Assembly (NCBI GenBank): GCA_022827095.1
Contig: JAJDTP010000005.1
Location: forward strand, 647,919 to 711,918
DNA length: 64,000 nucleotides
Source: Dehalococcoidia bacterium
GTDB taxonomy: Bacteria; Chloroflexota; Dehalococcoidia; Lucifugimonadales; UBA3495
Direction: 5' to 3'
The notes below the pieces were generated by a model. That model did no database searches, was not told the origin of the DNA, and was given only the letters and a program-made list of their open reading frames with translations. Shown here piece after piece: positions 37,117 to 45,951 of this stretch (the first letter of the stretch is position 1; each line of letters starts with the position of its first letter). A program made the translations under genes and the position numbers.

Positions 37117-37155
37117 GGCCCCTGGCGCCACGATTTAGGCGCAGCGTCAGGGGCC
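37117..37155 (-). terminator. Stem-loop about 25 nt downstream of the SBP paralog 2 stop (possible terminator)
   Basis: GGCCCCTG/CAGGGGCC (8 bp) plus an inner GCGCC/GGCGC (5 bp). No clear U-tract follows on the minus strand. Confidence 0.4.
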
Positions 37156-37179
37156 ACTGTCAGGACATGAGGAGCGGCT

Positions 37180-39108
37180 CTACTCGCGCACGCCCTTCAC
37201 GTATTCGAGGTAGATGAAGCTGCCCTGGTTCGGGCCCAGGAAGACGTACTCGGCCACCACGTCCGGGTCGATGGTTGCGCTGATGGGCATCGTCCATCCG
37301 GGGATGGTTCCCACTTCGTAGAAGATTTCGTCAGAAACCTTCTTCCAGTCCGTGGTAGCGTCGGCCTCGTTCAGGGCTCGCAGAGCCTTGTTCTTGTGCT
37401 CCTGGATGTTGTCGCTGGTATACGCCCGGAAGAACCGCTCGGCACTGAAGTAGAAGTGCACGCGAGTGTCGATGGGCGCCGCAGGTCCCCGGAACCCGTA
37501 GATGCAGCAGTCCGTGTCGAGGCCGCGGTAGTGGTTCCGCCAGTTTGAGAATTCGATGGGATCCAGCTCCGGCTCGAGGCCAATTTCAGACCAGAACTTG
37601 GCCATGGCTTCCATCTGGTCGGGCAGTTCCGGCACGCCACCCAGGGGGAACACCGGCACACGGAAGGAGAACCCTTCCGGATATCCGGCCTCGACCAGCA
37701 ATTCGCGGGCCTTGTCCGGGTCATACCCGTAGAGGTCGTCCCATTGGGCCTCCCAGTCGGGGTTGAAACCGCCGGGGAAATCAGGCACCAGCGTGGCAAC
37801 CCATTGCCGCCCGCCAACGCCACCGTAGATGGCTTCGTTGATCTGGTCACGGTCGATGGCCTTGTTCATCGCCATGCGGACCAACTTGCCGGACTCGGTC
37901 GGCTCGTTCCAGGGCATCATTTCGTCACGCGCGGCCACAATGTCGTAGCTCGTCCGGATCTCGGCCTGGTCTTCCGCGGACACGTCGGTGGGCACGCCAG
38001 CCTCTCCGGTGGAGAAGTACATCCCGCCGAACAGGGCAAAAGCGGTAACCGACCGGACGGAACTGTCCACCACCTCGAGGCCGTCATCGACAGCATCCTG
38101 GATCAAGGCCCGGTTGATGGTTGCGATGTGGCCTTCGCGAGCTTGCATGATGGCCAGGCGCGTGGCGGACTCGCGCACATCCTTGATTTCGATCTCGGCG
38201 AAATCGGGGTTGACGCGCCAGTGGTCGTAGTCCACTCGACGCCATTCCCAGCCCACGCCTTCTTCGAAGCTCACGTATTCGTATGGGCCGGTACGGGACG
38301 ATTTTTGCGCGACCGCGTCCCGACTTTGAATGCAATAGTTCAGGGGCAGGCCGGCTTCGTTGTTTCCGTAATCGGCTTCGCCGTTCGGGCAGTTTTGATC
38401 CCACTGGGCCTTGCTGCTGTGCGGGATGCCCCGGTAGCCGGAGTACCAGTAGATGAAGTCGACGGCGGGGCGGCGCTTCATATGGATGTTCACTTCGTAG
38501 TCGTTGACTATTTCCACCTCGCCGCCCGGGTCACTGCGGAAGTAGTCGGAGTAGGAGGCGCGGCAATCCGGGTTGGTGTAGTACGCCATGGAGTGCACCA
38601 CGTCCTGGGCGGTGAACTCGCCCCAGTCGTCATGCCAGCGGACGCCCTGGCGGAGCTTGAAGTTCCAGGTCCGGCCATCGTCACTGATGCCCCATTCCGT
38701 CGCCAGCATGGGTTCGTATGACCCGTCGAAGCGGCTGGCGTCCACCATCCACTCCGCGGACATGCGGTAATTGAGAACGCCGGAACCGGTTACCTCGCAG
38801 TCCAGCATCGACTCCAGCGAGGGCGGGTCTGCTACCAGGATCAGCCGGTCTGTCCCCAGTTCCCCTTCGGTATCGGGAGCCAAGGTTGGCCGGGGCGTGG
38901 CCTGTAGCACAGACGCGCGTTGCGTTGGGGTGGGCAACGCGTCCCCGGCAGTCGGTGTGTTGGTCGCCCGTACCTGTGGAGCCGCAGTTGGCTGTTCAAC
39001 CGGAGCGGGGGGCTCCTCAGCACCACCACAGGCCACCACCACTGTGGCACACGCCAGTGCGGCGATCAATGCGATATTCGGAAATTTCAAGAACCATTTC
39101 GCTCGCAT
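37180..39108 (-). CDS. ABC transporter substrate-binding lipoprotein, family 5, paralog 2
   Basis: MRAKWFLKFPNIALIAALACATVVVACGG (lipobox). GGAGA lies 7 nt upstream of the ATG at 39108. The body is collinear and highly similar to paralog 1 at both protein and nucleotide level. Confidence 0.85.
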   Translation of the reverse strand: MRAKWFLKFPNIALIAALACATVVVACGGAEEPPAPVEQPTAAPQVRATNTPTAGDALPTPTQRASVLQATPRPTLAPDTEGELGTDRLILVADPPSLESMLDCEVTGSGVLNYRMSAEWMVDASRFDGSYEPMLATEWGISDDGRTWNFKLRQGVRWHDDWGEFTAQDVVHSMAYYTNPDCRASYSDYFRSDPGGEVEIVNDYEVNIHMKRRPAVDFIYWYSGYRGIPHSSKAQWDQNCPNGEADYGNNEAGLPLNYCIQSRDAVAQKSSRTGPYEYVSFEEGVGWEWRRVDYDHWRVNPDFAEIEIKDVRESATRLAIMQAREGHIATINRALIQDAVDDGLEVVDSSVRSVTAFALFGGMYFSTGEAGVPTDVSAEDQAEIRTSYDIVAARDEMMPWNEPTESGKLVRMAMNKAIDRDQINEAIYGGVGGRQWVATLVPDFPGGFNPDWEAQWDDLYGYDPDKARELLVEAGYPEGFSFRVPVFPLGGVPELPDQMEAMAKFWSEIGLEPELDPIEFSNWRNHYRGLDTDCCIYGFRGPAAPIDTRVHFYFSAERFFRAYTSDNIQEHKNKALRALNEADATTDWKKVSDEIFYEVGTIPGWTMPISATIDPDVVAEYVFLGPNQGSFIYLEYVKGVRE

Positions 39109-39198
39109 ATGCATTCTCCAAGGATTGTTTGGTACGAAATCCTCACACCTGTGCGGCCACCGGAAACGGCGGCACACCCCCCTGCGATTTGCGTTCGC

Positions 39199-39228
39199 AA
39201 TATAAGCAATATCAATTGCAGCCGTCAA
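39199..39228 (-). promoter_or_regulatory. Sigma-70-like promoter for SBP paralog 2
   Basis: The minus strand reads TTGACG-N18-TATATT (-35 at 39228-39223, -10 at 39204-39199). Confidence 0.5.
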
Positions 39229-39418
39229 TCAGCGCAAAAACAATTATCGTTACGGTAAACGATATAAATATAGTGATATATGATGGAAATCGGTAATAAC
39301 GTTCGGAATTCGGGATGAACACGAGGTCGGCATTACGAGTTGAAGGTACATTTGCATTGCTGTTGCGAATATGTAATATAACGTCTGGTGATGTATCGGA
39401 GCCAGCGATAACCATAAT

Positions 39419-39463
39419 GCCGTACCGGCGTTGCGCTGTATGCGGGCGCAACGCCGGTACGGC
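39419..39463 (-). terminator. Perfect 18-bp hairpin downstream of the LLM gene (intrinsic terminator candidate)
   Basis: GCCGTACCGGCGTTGCGC (39419-36) / GCGCAACGCCGGTACGGC (39446-63) with a 9-nt loop, 30 nt past the stop codon at 39493. AT-rich sequence follows on the minus strand. Confidence 0.6.
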
Positions 39464-39492
39464 CGACGAGAGTTGGTGGCCAGCAGGCGAAA

Positions 39493-40338
39493 TTACATGA
39501 CGGCTTCCGCAATCCGGTCGATTTCGTCGAGGGCACTGGCATTGGTCGTGTCCCCCAGCCTGATGATCACGCGGTTGGCGCCAGCGTCTTCGAAGCGGGA
39601 GAGCGTATCGCGATCCGGCGCCTGACCGAATACCGTGATGTCGATACTGGATGGATCCCGGCCCGAGGCCTCGGCCAGTTCGTCAATAGCAGCCTTGCCG
39701 GCTGCGATCTGGTCGGGGCTTGCCGCGGTGGGCATCCAGCCGTCACCCCATCGGGCGACGCGGCGAAAGACGTTGCGCGCGTTGCCGCCCAGCAGCACCG
39801 GAGGGCCGCCCTCCTGGGCGGGTTTCGGATTGCACTGAACCGGCGGGAAGTCGTAGTACTGGCCGTGGTACTCCGCGGCGTCCTGGGTCCACAGCGCGCG
39901 CATCACCTCGATGGCCTCGCGGGCCTGAGTCCACCGGTGGTCGAAATTGCCGCCCATGATTTCGGTTTCCTCGCGCAACCATCCCGTGCCGATGCCCAGG
40001 ATGAATCGGCCACCGGAAAACCTGTCGAGGGTCGATATGGCCCCGGCGAGGACCAGGGGGTTGCGTTCTGGGATGAGCGTAATGCCCGTGCCCAACTTGA
40101 TCCGGCTCGTCACCGCCGACGCCCGGGCGAGCCCTATATAAGGATCTCCCATGTCCGCCATGTACGGGGGAATGGAGCCGTCCGGCGAACCGGGATATTT
40201 CGATTCGGAATGGACCGGCATCACCGGATGCTCGGGTAGCCATATTGACTCGAACCCGGCGCTTTCAGCCCGCGCAGCGATATCCGCCACGTCTATCGAG
40301 TTGGTCGAGATTGACATATTCAAGCCGATGTCCATCAT
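39493..40338 (-). CDS. LLM-class F420-dependent oxidoreductase
   Basis: MMDIGLNMS...AESAGFESIWLPEHPVMP...LGTGITLIPERNPLVLA...GRFILGIGTGW is the LLM/F420-dependent pattern. GGAGG lies just upstream of the ATGATG at 40338/40335. Confidence 0.8.
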   Translation of the reverse strand: MMDIGLNMSISTNSIDVADIAARAESAGFESIWLPEHPVMPVHSESKYPGSPDGSIPPYMADMGDPYIGLARASAVTSRIKLGTGITLIPERNPLVLAGAISTLDRFSGGRFILGIGTGWLREETEIMGGNFDHRWTQAREAIEVMRALWTQDAAEYHGQYYDFPPVQCNPKPAQEGGPPVLLGGNARNVFRRVARWGDGWMPTAASPDQIAAGKAAIDELAEASGRDPSSIDITVFGQAPDRDTLSRFEDAGANRVIIRLGDTTNASALDEIDRIAEAVM

Positions 40339-40492
40339 TGCCTCCAGGTTCAGCAGCGAATCCCGCGTTGGGCCGGGATGATAGCACTGCGCCCGACGCG
40401 CGTCCATGCGGCGTGAACGCCCCCGATGATATACTTTCGAATGGACTTATCTTCTTAACAGTCAATGCACGTTCATAATCAGGAACCCTGCT

Positions 40493-40882
40493 ATGCCCTT
40501 GTACGTAATGCTTGCCAGCTTCACGGGTCGCGGCCGGCGAATGGGCCAAGACAACCCCAACCTGCTGAGCGACGCCGCGAATGATGCGGAAACGCCCACC
40601 AGCAAGGTGCTGACCCAATACGCGGTGCTGGGACGCTACGATTTCGTCATCATCACCGAAGCCGAGGACAACCAGTCCGCAGCCAGGCTGTCGCTGGATC
40701 TGGGGGTGCGCGCCGGCTTGAATATCGAAACGCTGCCGGCGCTGCCTATTGGTGTCCTGTCCGATGAGGAACACATCAGCATTTTGCGGGATGTAGCGGT
40801 AGCCCTCAACGTCCCGGGCGGTCCTGACGATGCCGGCGAGGAAACCGACGATTCCTGGCGGCTGCCTGACGACCCGGACTGA
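40493..40882 (+). CDS. GYD domain-containing protein
   Basis: [14 protein letters not shown]...[29 protein letters not shown] follows the GYD-family pattern; 129 aa. Confidence 0.7.
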   Translation: MPLYVMLASFTGRGRRMGQDNPNLLSDAANDAETPTSKVLTQYAVLGRYDFVIITEAEDNQSAARLSLDLGVRAGLNIETLPALPIGVLSDEEHISILRDVAVALNVPGGPDDAGEETDDSWRLPDDPD

Positions 40883-40912
40883 ACGTCAGCTAAACCGAAG
40901 GCGGTAACCCGA

Positions 40913-41710
40913 ATGGCCGATGTGCGCCCACCCACCGTAATGACCATCGCCGGCTCTGACTCGGGTGGCGGCGCCGGCATCCAGGCGGACTTGAAAACAT
41001 TTTCCGCGCTGGGGGTGTTTGGCACGTCCACGCTCACGGCGATCACCGCTCAAAACACCGTGGGAGTCAGCGCGGTACACGAGATCCCTTCCGACGTCAT
41101 TGCCGCGCAAATCGACGCGGTGGTTACGGACATCGGAGCCGACGCGGTCAAGACCGGCATGTTGTCCTCCAGCGAGATCGTCGAAACGGTCGCCGAAGCC
41201 ATCCGACGGCACGGCATCGAGTACCTGGTGGTTGACCCCGTGATGGTCGCGAAGAGCGGCGACCGTCTTCTCCGGGAGGAAGCAATCCAATCGATCTGCA
41301 ACTCGCTGATACCGCTGGCGGCGGTGGTCACTCCCAACATTCCCGAAGCCGAAGATTTGACCGGGCTCAGTATCGAGTCCGATGACGATGTTCGGGAAGC
41401 TGCGATGCGGATCGTGGCCATGGGGGCGCGTTCCGTAGTAGTCAAGGGTGGCCACCGGGACGGTCCGCCCACCGACGTTCTGTACGACGGCAGCGAATTC
41501 CTGGAATTCACGACGGATCGCATCCCGTCAACGAACACCCACGGGACCGGTTGTACCTTCGCGTCCGCGGTGGCGGCCGGGCTCGCCCATGGCTTGGAGG
41601 TGTCCGCGGCAGTGGGTCAAGCGAAAGACTACGTGACCGCCGCCATCCGCGCGTCGTATCCGATCGGACAGGGTCATGGCCCCCTGCACCATTTCCACGC
41701 GTATTGGTGA
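40913..41710 (+). CDS. thiD: Bifunctional hydroxymethylpyrimidine kinase / phosphomethylpyrimidine kinase
   Basis: [27 protein letters not shown]...KTGML...[12 protein letters not shown]...[11 protein letters not shown] is canonical ThiD. Confidence 0.9.
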   Translation: MADVRPPTVMTIAGSDSGGGAGIQADLKTFSALGVFGTSTLTAITAQNTVGVSAVHEIPSDVIAAQIDAVVTDIGADAVKTGMLSSSEIVETVAEAIRRHGIEYLVVDPVMVAKSGDRLLREEAIQSICNSLIPLAAVVTPNIPEAEDLTGLSIESDDDVREAAMRIVAMGARSVVVKGGHRDGPPTDVLYDGSEFLEFTTDRIPSTNTHGTGCTFASAVAAGLAHGLEVSAAVGQAKDYVTAAIRASYPIGQGHGPLHHFHAYW

Positions 41711-41806
41711 AATCGGCGCTGCGCTATAATTCGGATTCCAATCAGGTTTTTGGGTTTTCTGCCATCTTGCGGGCCCATCCGCACTCTACGATGAGGTAGT
41801 ACTGCC

Positions 41807-44800
41807 ATGCCAACTTTTGACGTGGTTTCCAGCCGGGTCAGTTTCCCGGAGCTCGATGCCGAGATCCTCGATTACTGGAAGGAGCGCGACGTCTTCCGCC
41901 GGTCCATTGACGACCGGCCCGACGCTCCCCTCTTCATGATGTACGAGGGCCCGCCCACCGCCAACGGCAGCCCCGGCATCCACCACGTTCTGGCCCGCGT
42001 GTTCAAGGACGTCATCTCCCGCTACCGAACCATGAAAGGCTGCCGGGTGATCCGCAAGGGAGGCTGGGATACCCACGGCCTGCCCGTGGAACTGCAGATT
42101 GAGCAGGAGCTTGGCCTGTCGTCCAAGCGGGAGATCGAAGAATTCGGCATCGCCGAGTTCAACCGGCGTTGCCGGGAGAGCGTTTTCCGGTACGTCAAAG
42201 AATGGGAGGTGATGACGGACCGCATCGGTTACTGGGTCGATATGGACGATCCCTACGTGACCCTGGAAAACGATTACATCGAGACCGGCTGGTGGATACT
42301 CAAACAGTTGTGGGACCGCGGCCTGCTTTACCAGGACCGGCGTGGTGCTCCCCACTGCCCGCGCTGCGTCTCCAGCCTGTCCTCGCACGAGGTGGCCCTG
42401 GGGTACCGGGAGAACACGCCCGACCCGTCTACCTTCGTGACCTTCGAGGCGACCGAATGGCTTGATGGCGCGACGCCCGAGATTCCTTTCTACTTCTTGG
42501 CGTGGACCACGACACCGTGGACGTTGCCCGGCAACACCGCCCTGGCGGTCAGCGCCGATGCGGATTACTCAATCGTTGAAACCACCAATAGCGCGGGCGA
42601 GACGGTCCGGATGGCGCTGGCCACCGCGCTGCTGGGCATCCTGCACGATGATTACACCGTGACGCGCGAGGTGAAAGGCAGCGACCTGATTGGCCTGTCC
42701 TATCGCCCGCTTTACGACGCCTCCGAATACGGCACGCTGATCCGCCAATTCCTGGCGAACGAAGACGGGCAGATCTCCCTGGAAGACGTCGACTCCTACG
42801 CGACGAGGGTCGTATCGGCCGACTTCGTGAGCATGGACGACGGCAGCGGAATCGTGCATATCGCCCCGGCCTTCGGCGACGAAGACCTGGGCCTGGGTCG
42901 CGAGCACCAACTGGCGTTCGTGCAGCCCGTCGACCTCCAGGGGGTTATCACCGGCAGCTATCCCTTTGCCGGCAAGTTCGTGAAGGACGCCGACCCGGAA
43001 ATCCTTGCCGACCTCGAATCCCGCGGCCTGCTGTACCACCAGGGCGTTTACCGCCACACCTATCCGTTCTGCTGGCGTTGTGACACACCGCTGCTCTACT
43101 ACGCGAAGACCTCGTGGTACATCCGGACCACCGCGGTGAAAGACCAATTGGTAGGCAACAACTCCCGGATCAACTGGTATCCCGAGCACATCCGGGAGGG
43201 CCGGTTCGGGGAATGGCTGCGCAACAACGTGGACTGGGCAATCTCCCGGGAACGCTACTGGGGGACCCCGATACCCATCTGGCAATGCGACGTGTGCGGA
43301 GGGATGGATTGCGTCGGCGGTGTGGAGGAATTGTCGCAGCGATGTGGGCGGGCACTGGATGATCTCGATCTGCACCGTCCTTACGTTGACGACATGGCCT
43401 GGCCGTGCCAATCCGATGGCTGCGATGGCATGATGCGGCGCATTCCCGAGGTGATGGACTGCTGGTTCGACTCCGGCATGATGCCGTTGGCCCAATGGCA
43501 CTACCCGTTTGAGAACCGCGACATCGACACGGACGGCCGGCTGCCCGCCGACTACATCTGCGAAGCCGTCGACCAAACCCGGGGCTGGTTCTACAGCCTG
43601 CACGCCCTTTCGACCCTGCTCAAGGACGACGTTGCATACCGGAACGTAATCTGCCTCGGGCTGATCCTGGACGGGCGCGGCCGGAAGATGAGCAAGCGAC
43701 TGGGGAACATCGTCGAACCGGACAGCATCCTGGACGCCCACGGCGCAGACGCGCTGCGGTGGTACCTGTTCACCGCGTCGCACCCGGGCGAACCGCGGCG
43801 CTTTTCCGACCGACTGGTGCAGCAGACGCTCCGCCAGGTGCTGCTCACGCTGTGGAACGTCTACTCCTTCTTTACCAACTACGCGAACATCGACGAATTT
43901 GAGCCGTCGCAGATACCCGAAGGGTGGCGCCCTGAAGCCGAGTTGGACCGCTGGATCCTGGCGGAGCTCAACCAACTGGTACAGGTCGTGGACGATCACC
44001 TGGACAACTACAATCCCACCGACGCGGGTCGCCGGGTCGCCGAGTTCATCGACGTGCTCTCGAACTGGTACGTCCGCCGCTCTCGCCGGCGTTTCTGGAA
44101 GTCCGAAAACGACGCAGACAAGCTCGGCGCATACGCGACGCTATACAGTTGTCTGACCACGGTTGCCCGGCTGATGGCGCCGCTGGCTCCCTTCGTGTCG
44201 GAGCAGATGTACCGCAACCTGGAGTTGCGCTACCAGCCCGACGCGCCCGACAGCGTGCATCTATCCGCCTACCCGGTGGCCGACGATTCGCTGATCGACC
44301 GTCCCATCATGGACGCGACCCGCCTGGCGATCCGCGTGTCCAGCCTGGGCCGGGCGGCCCGCAGCAAGGCTGGCCTCAAGGTGCGCCAGCCTTTGGCCGA
44401 AGTCGTGGTCAAAACGCGAACGGATGCTGAGTTGCAATACCTGGGCCAGGTGCGCCTCCAAATTCTTGAAGAGTTGAACATCAAGGAATTGCGGCCGGCG
44501 GAAGGCGCTGGGGACCTCTATGTCCAGGCCCGGGAGTTGGCGGACGATGATGGCGACGCGGTGGTTTCAGTCGCCGGCTATTCGGCTGCCCTGGACTCCG
44601 GCTACATGGTGGCGGTGGACGCTCGCATTTCGCCGGAACTGGCCGACGAGGGGCTGGCTCGCGAGTTGGCCCACCGGATCCAGAACCTGCGCAAGGGCGC
44701 CCGTTTCGAGATCACCGATCGCATCGTCACCTATTACGACGGCCCCGATGACGTGGCCCGCGTAATGGCCGTGCATGGCGACTACATCAAGCAGGAAACC

Positions 44801-44911
44801 CTGAGCGACGACCTTCTGGATTCGGTTCCGGAGGACACCGCGAAATCCGAGACGGCGCAGATCGAAGGCATGGAAGTCACGCTCGGCGTGCGCCGCTTGA
44901 ACGGTGCCTGA
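41807..44911 (+). CDS. ileS: Isoleucine--tRNA ligase
   Basis: 1034 aa. HIGH-type PGIHHVLA and KMSKRLGN (KMSKS) motifs, plus the CP1 editing-domain block WTTTPWTLPGNTA. Confidence 0.95.
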   Translation: MPTFDVVSSRVSFPELDAEILDYWKERDVFRRSIDDRPDAPLFMMYEGPPTANGSPGIHHVLARVFKDVISRYRTMKGCRVIRKGGWDTHGLPVELQIEQELGLSSKREIEEFGIAEFNRRCRESVFRYVKEWEVMTDRIGYWVDMDDPYVTLENDYIETGWWILKQLWDRGLLYQDRRGAPHCPRCVSSLSSHEVALGYRENTPDPSTFVTFEATEWLDGATPEIPFYFLAWTTTPWTLPGNTALAVSADADYSIVETTNSAGETVRMALATALLGILHDDYTVTREVKGSDLIGLSYRPLYDASEYGTLIRQFLANEDGQISLEDVDSYATRVVSADFVSMDDGSGIVHIAPAFGDEDLGLGREHQLAFVQPVDLQGVITGSYPFAGKFVKDADPEILADLESRGLLYHQGVYRHTYPFCWRCDTPLLYYAKTSWYIRTTAVKDQLVGNNSRINWYPEHIREGRFGEWLRNNVDWAISRERYWGTPIPIWQCDVCGGMDCVGGVEELSQRCGRALDDLDLHRPYVDDMAWPCQSDGCDGMMRRIPEVMDCWFDSGMMPLAQWHYPFENRDIDTDGRLPADYICEAVDQTRGWFYSLHALSTLLKDDVAYRNVICLGLILDGRGRKMSKRLGNIVEPDSILDAHGADALRWYLFTASHPGEPRRFSDRLVQQTLRQVLLTLWNVYSFFTNYANIDEFEPSQIPEGWRPEAELDRWILAELNQLVQVVDDHLDNYNPTDAGRRVAEFIDVLSNWYVRRSRRRFWKSENDADKLGAYATLYSCLTTVARLMAPLAPFVSEQMYRNLELRYQPDAPDSVHLSAYPVADDSLIDRPIMDATRLAIRVSSLGRAARSKAGLKVRQPLAEVVVKTRTDAELQYLGQVRLQILEELNIKELRPAEGAGDLYVQARELADDDGDAVVSVAGYSAALDSGYMVAVDARISPELADEGLARELAHRIQNLRKGARFEITDRIVTYYDGPDDVARVMAVHGDYIKQETLSDDLLDSVPEDTAKSETAQIEGMEVTLGVRRLNGA

Positions 44912-44917
44912 TCGGGC

Positions 44918-45730
44918 ATGCCGGAACTACCCGAGGTCGAAAACACCCGCCAGTATCTGCTCCGCTCAGGTCTGGCGGGCAGACGTTTGGGCGCGCCGGA
45001 AATCACTTGGGGCAAAACGGTCCACGAGCCCTCGGTGGGCGAGTTCATCGAGGGCGTCGCCGGGCGATGTTTAACGGACCTCCAACGGCGGGGCAAGTAT
45101 CTGATCGCACCGTTGGACGACGACCAGTTCCTGGTCATGCACCTTGGCATGACGGGCAGCCTGCGTATCCACGATGCCCGCCGTGAACCGCCTCCCATGG
45201 TTCGGCATACCTTCCCGCTGGACGATGGGCGGGAGATGCGCTTCATCGATCCCCGCAAGTTCGGCCACCTTTGGCTGCTTCCCGACCCGTCGGGGGCGAT
45301 GCGCAAAATGGGACCCGAACCGTTGGAGCCGGCGTTTACGGTTGACTTACTTGCCAGCGTCCTGGCCGGCCGGAAGGCTCCGATCAAGGCTTTGCTGCTC
45401 GAACAATCGGTGATTGCCGGCTTGGGCAATTTGTACGCCGACGAAGCCTTGTTCCTGTCTGGAATACACCCGGAACGGGCCGCGAATGATCTTGGGGAAG
45501 ACGAAACCAGCGCGTTGCACGCCGCAATTGTCCGGGCGTTGTCCCATTCCGTGGCCGCATACGCGGCCGCACGGGAGGCTGAGTGGCCCGACCCGCCTAT
45601 CGCCCTGTCGCCATGGACGATTCCCAGAGCAACCGATGAGCCCTGTCCCCGATGCTCTGGGGCGATGGCGATGATTCGGGTGCGCGGACGCAGTTCGTGG
45701 CACTGCCCGCTTTGCCAGCCAGCCCGATAA
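44918..45730 (+). CDS. mutM: Formamidopyrimidine-DNA glycosylase (Fpg/MutM)
   Basis: MPELPEVE N-terminus and a C-terminal zinc finger CPRCSG...HCPLCQ. It starts 6 nt after the ileS stop. Confidence 0.9.
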   Translation: MPELPEVENTRQYLLRSGLAGRRLGAPEITWGKTVHEPSVGEFIEGVAGRCLTDLQRRGKYLIAPLDDDQFLVMHLGMTGSLRIHDARREPPPMVRHTFPLDDGREMRFIDPRKFGHLWLLPDPSGAMRKMGPEPLEPAFTVDLLASVLAGRKAPIKALLLEQSVIAGLGNLYADEALFLSGIHPERAANDLGEDETSALHAAIVRALSHSVAAYAAAREAEWPDPPIALSPWTIPRATDEPCPRCSGAMAMIRVRGRSSWHCPLCQPAR

Positions 45731-45826
45731 GGGCAGCTCGGGGCGTCGACGTTGCAGTCTCCGCCACCGTGTCGAATCGGCCCGTGCACGCGCGATGCAA
45801 CTGCCGATGGCGGGATCGGCGGTTTG

Positions 45827-45856
45827 TTGACGGCATGGCAATTCCGCCCGTAAACT
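45827..45856 (+). promoter_or_regulatory. Candidate sigma-70-like promoter for the 45952 gene
   Basis: TTGACG (45827-32), 18-nt spacer, TAAACT (45851-56). Confidence 0.35.
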
Positions 45857-45951
45857 GTGATTTGTAAGCGGATTTTACCGCCGGGAAAACTGCCGGCTAT
45901 CCGCGTTGATGGCTTACAAGATACGGCAATTGTCGTTGGAGGCTTTTTATC

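Noticed and set aside
39212-39451. 79-aa minus-strand ORF in the AT-rich region upstream of SBP paralog 2, plus other small ORFs at 39315-39500 and 39333-39542
   Set aside because: They lie in AT-rich non-coding-looking DNA that contains the predicted promoter and a terminator hairpin. They have no RBS, and the composition is unlike the genome's coding regions.
40408-40912. TPP riboswitch upstream of thiD (and upstream of thiE at 23847-24238)
   Set aside because: I found no CUGAGA / ACCUGAUCUGGAUAAUGCCAGCG-like TPP aptamer core in either region. The thiD upstream space is occupied by the GYD gene, and thiE is overlapped by the FmdB gene.
41711-41806. Possible T-box leader upstream of ileS (GAGGTAGTACTGCC at 41793-41806 resembles the T-box core GGGTGGTACCGCG; an AUC codon is present at 41764-41766)
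   Set aside because: The leader is only 96 nt. The UGG needed to pair with the tRNA CCA end is UAG here. I could not build a Stem I/specifier loop. The similarity probably reflects the SD region only. An Infernal scan with the T-box model would settle it.
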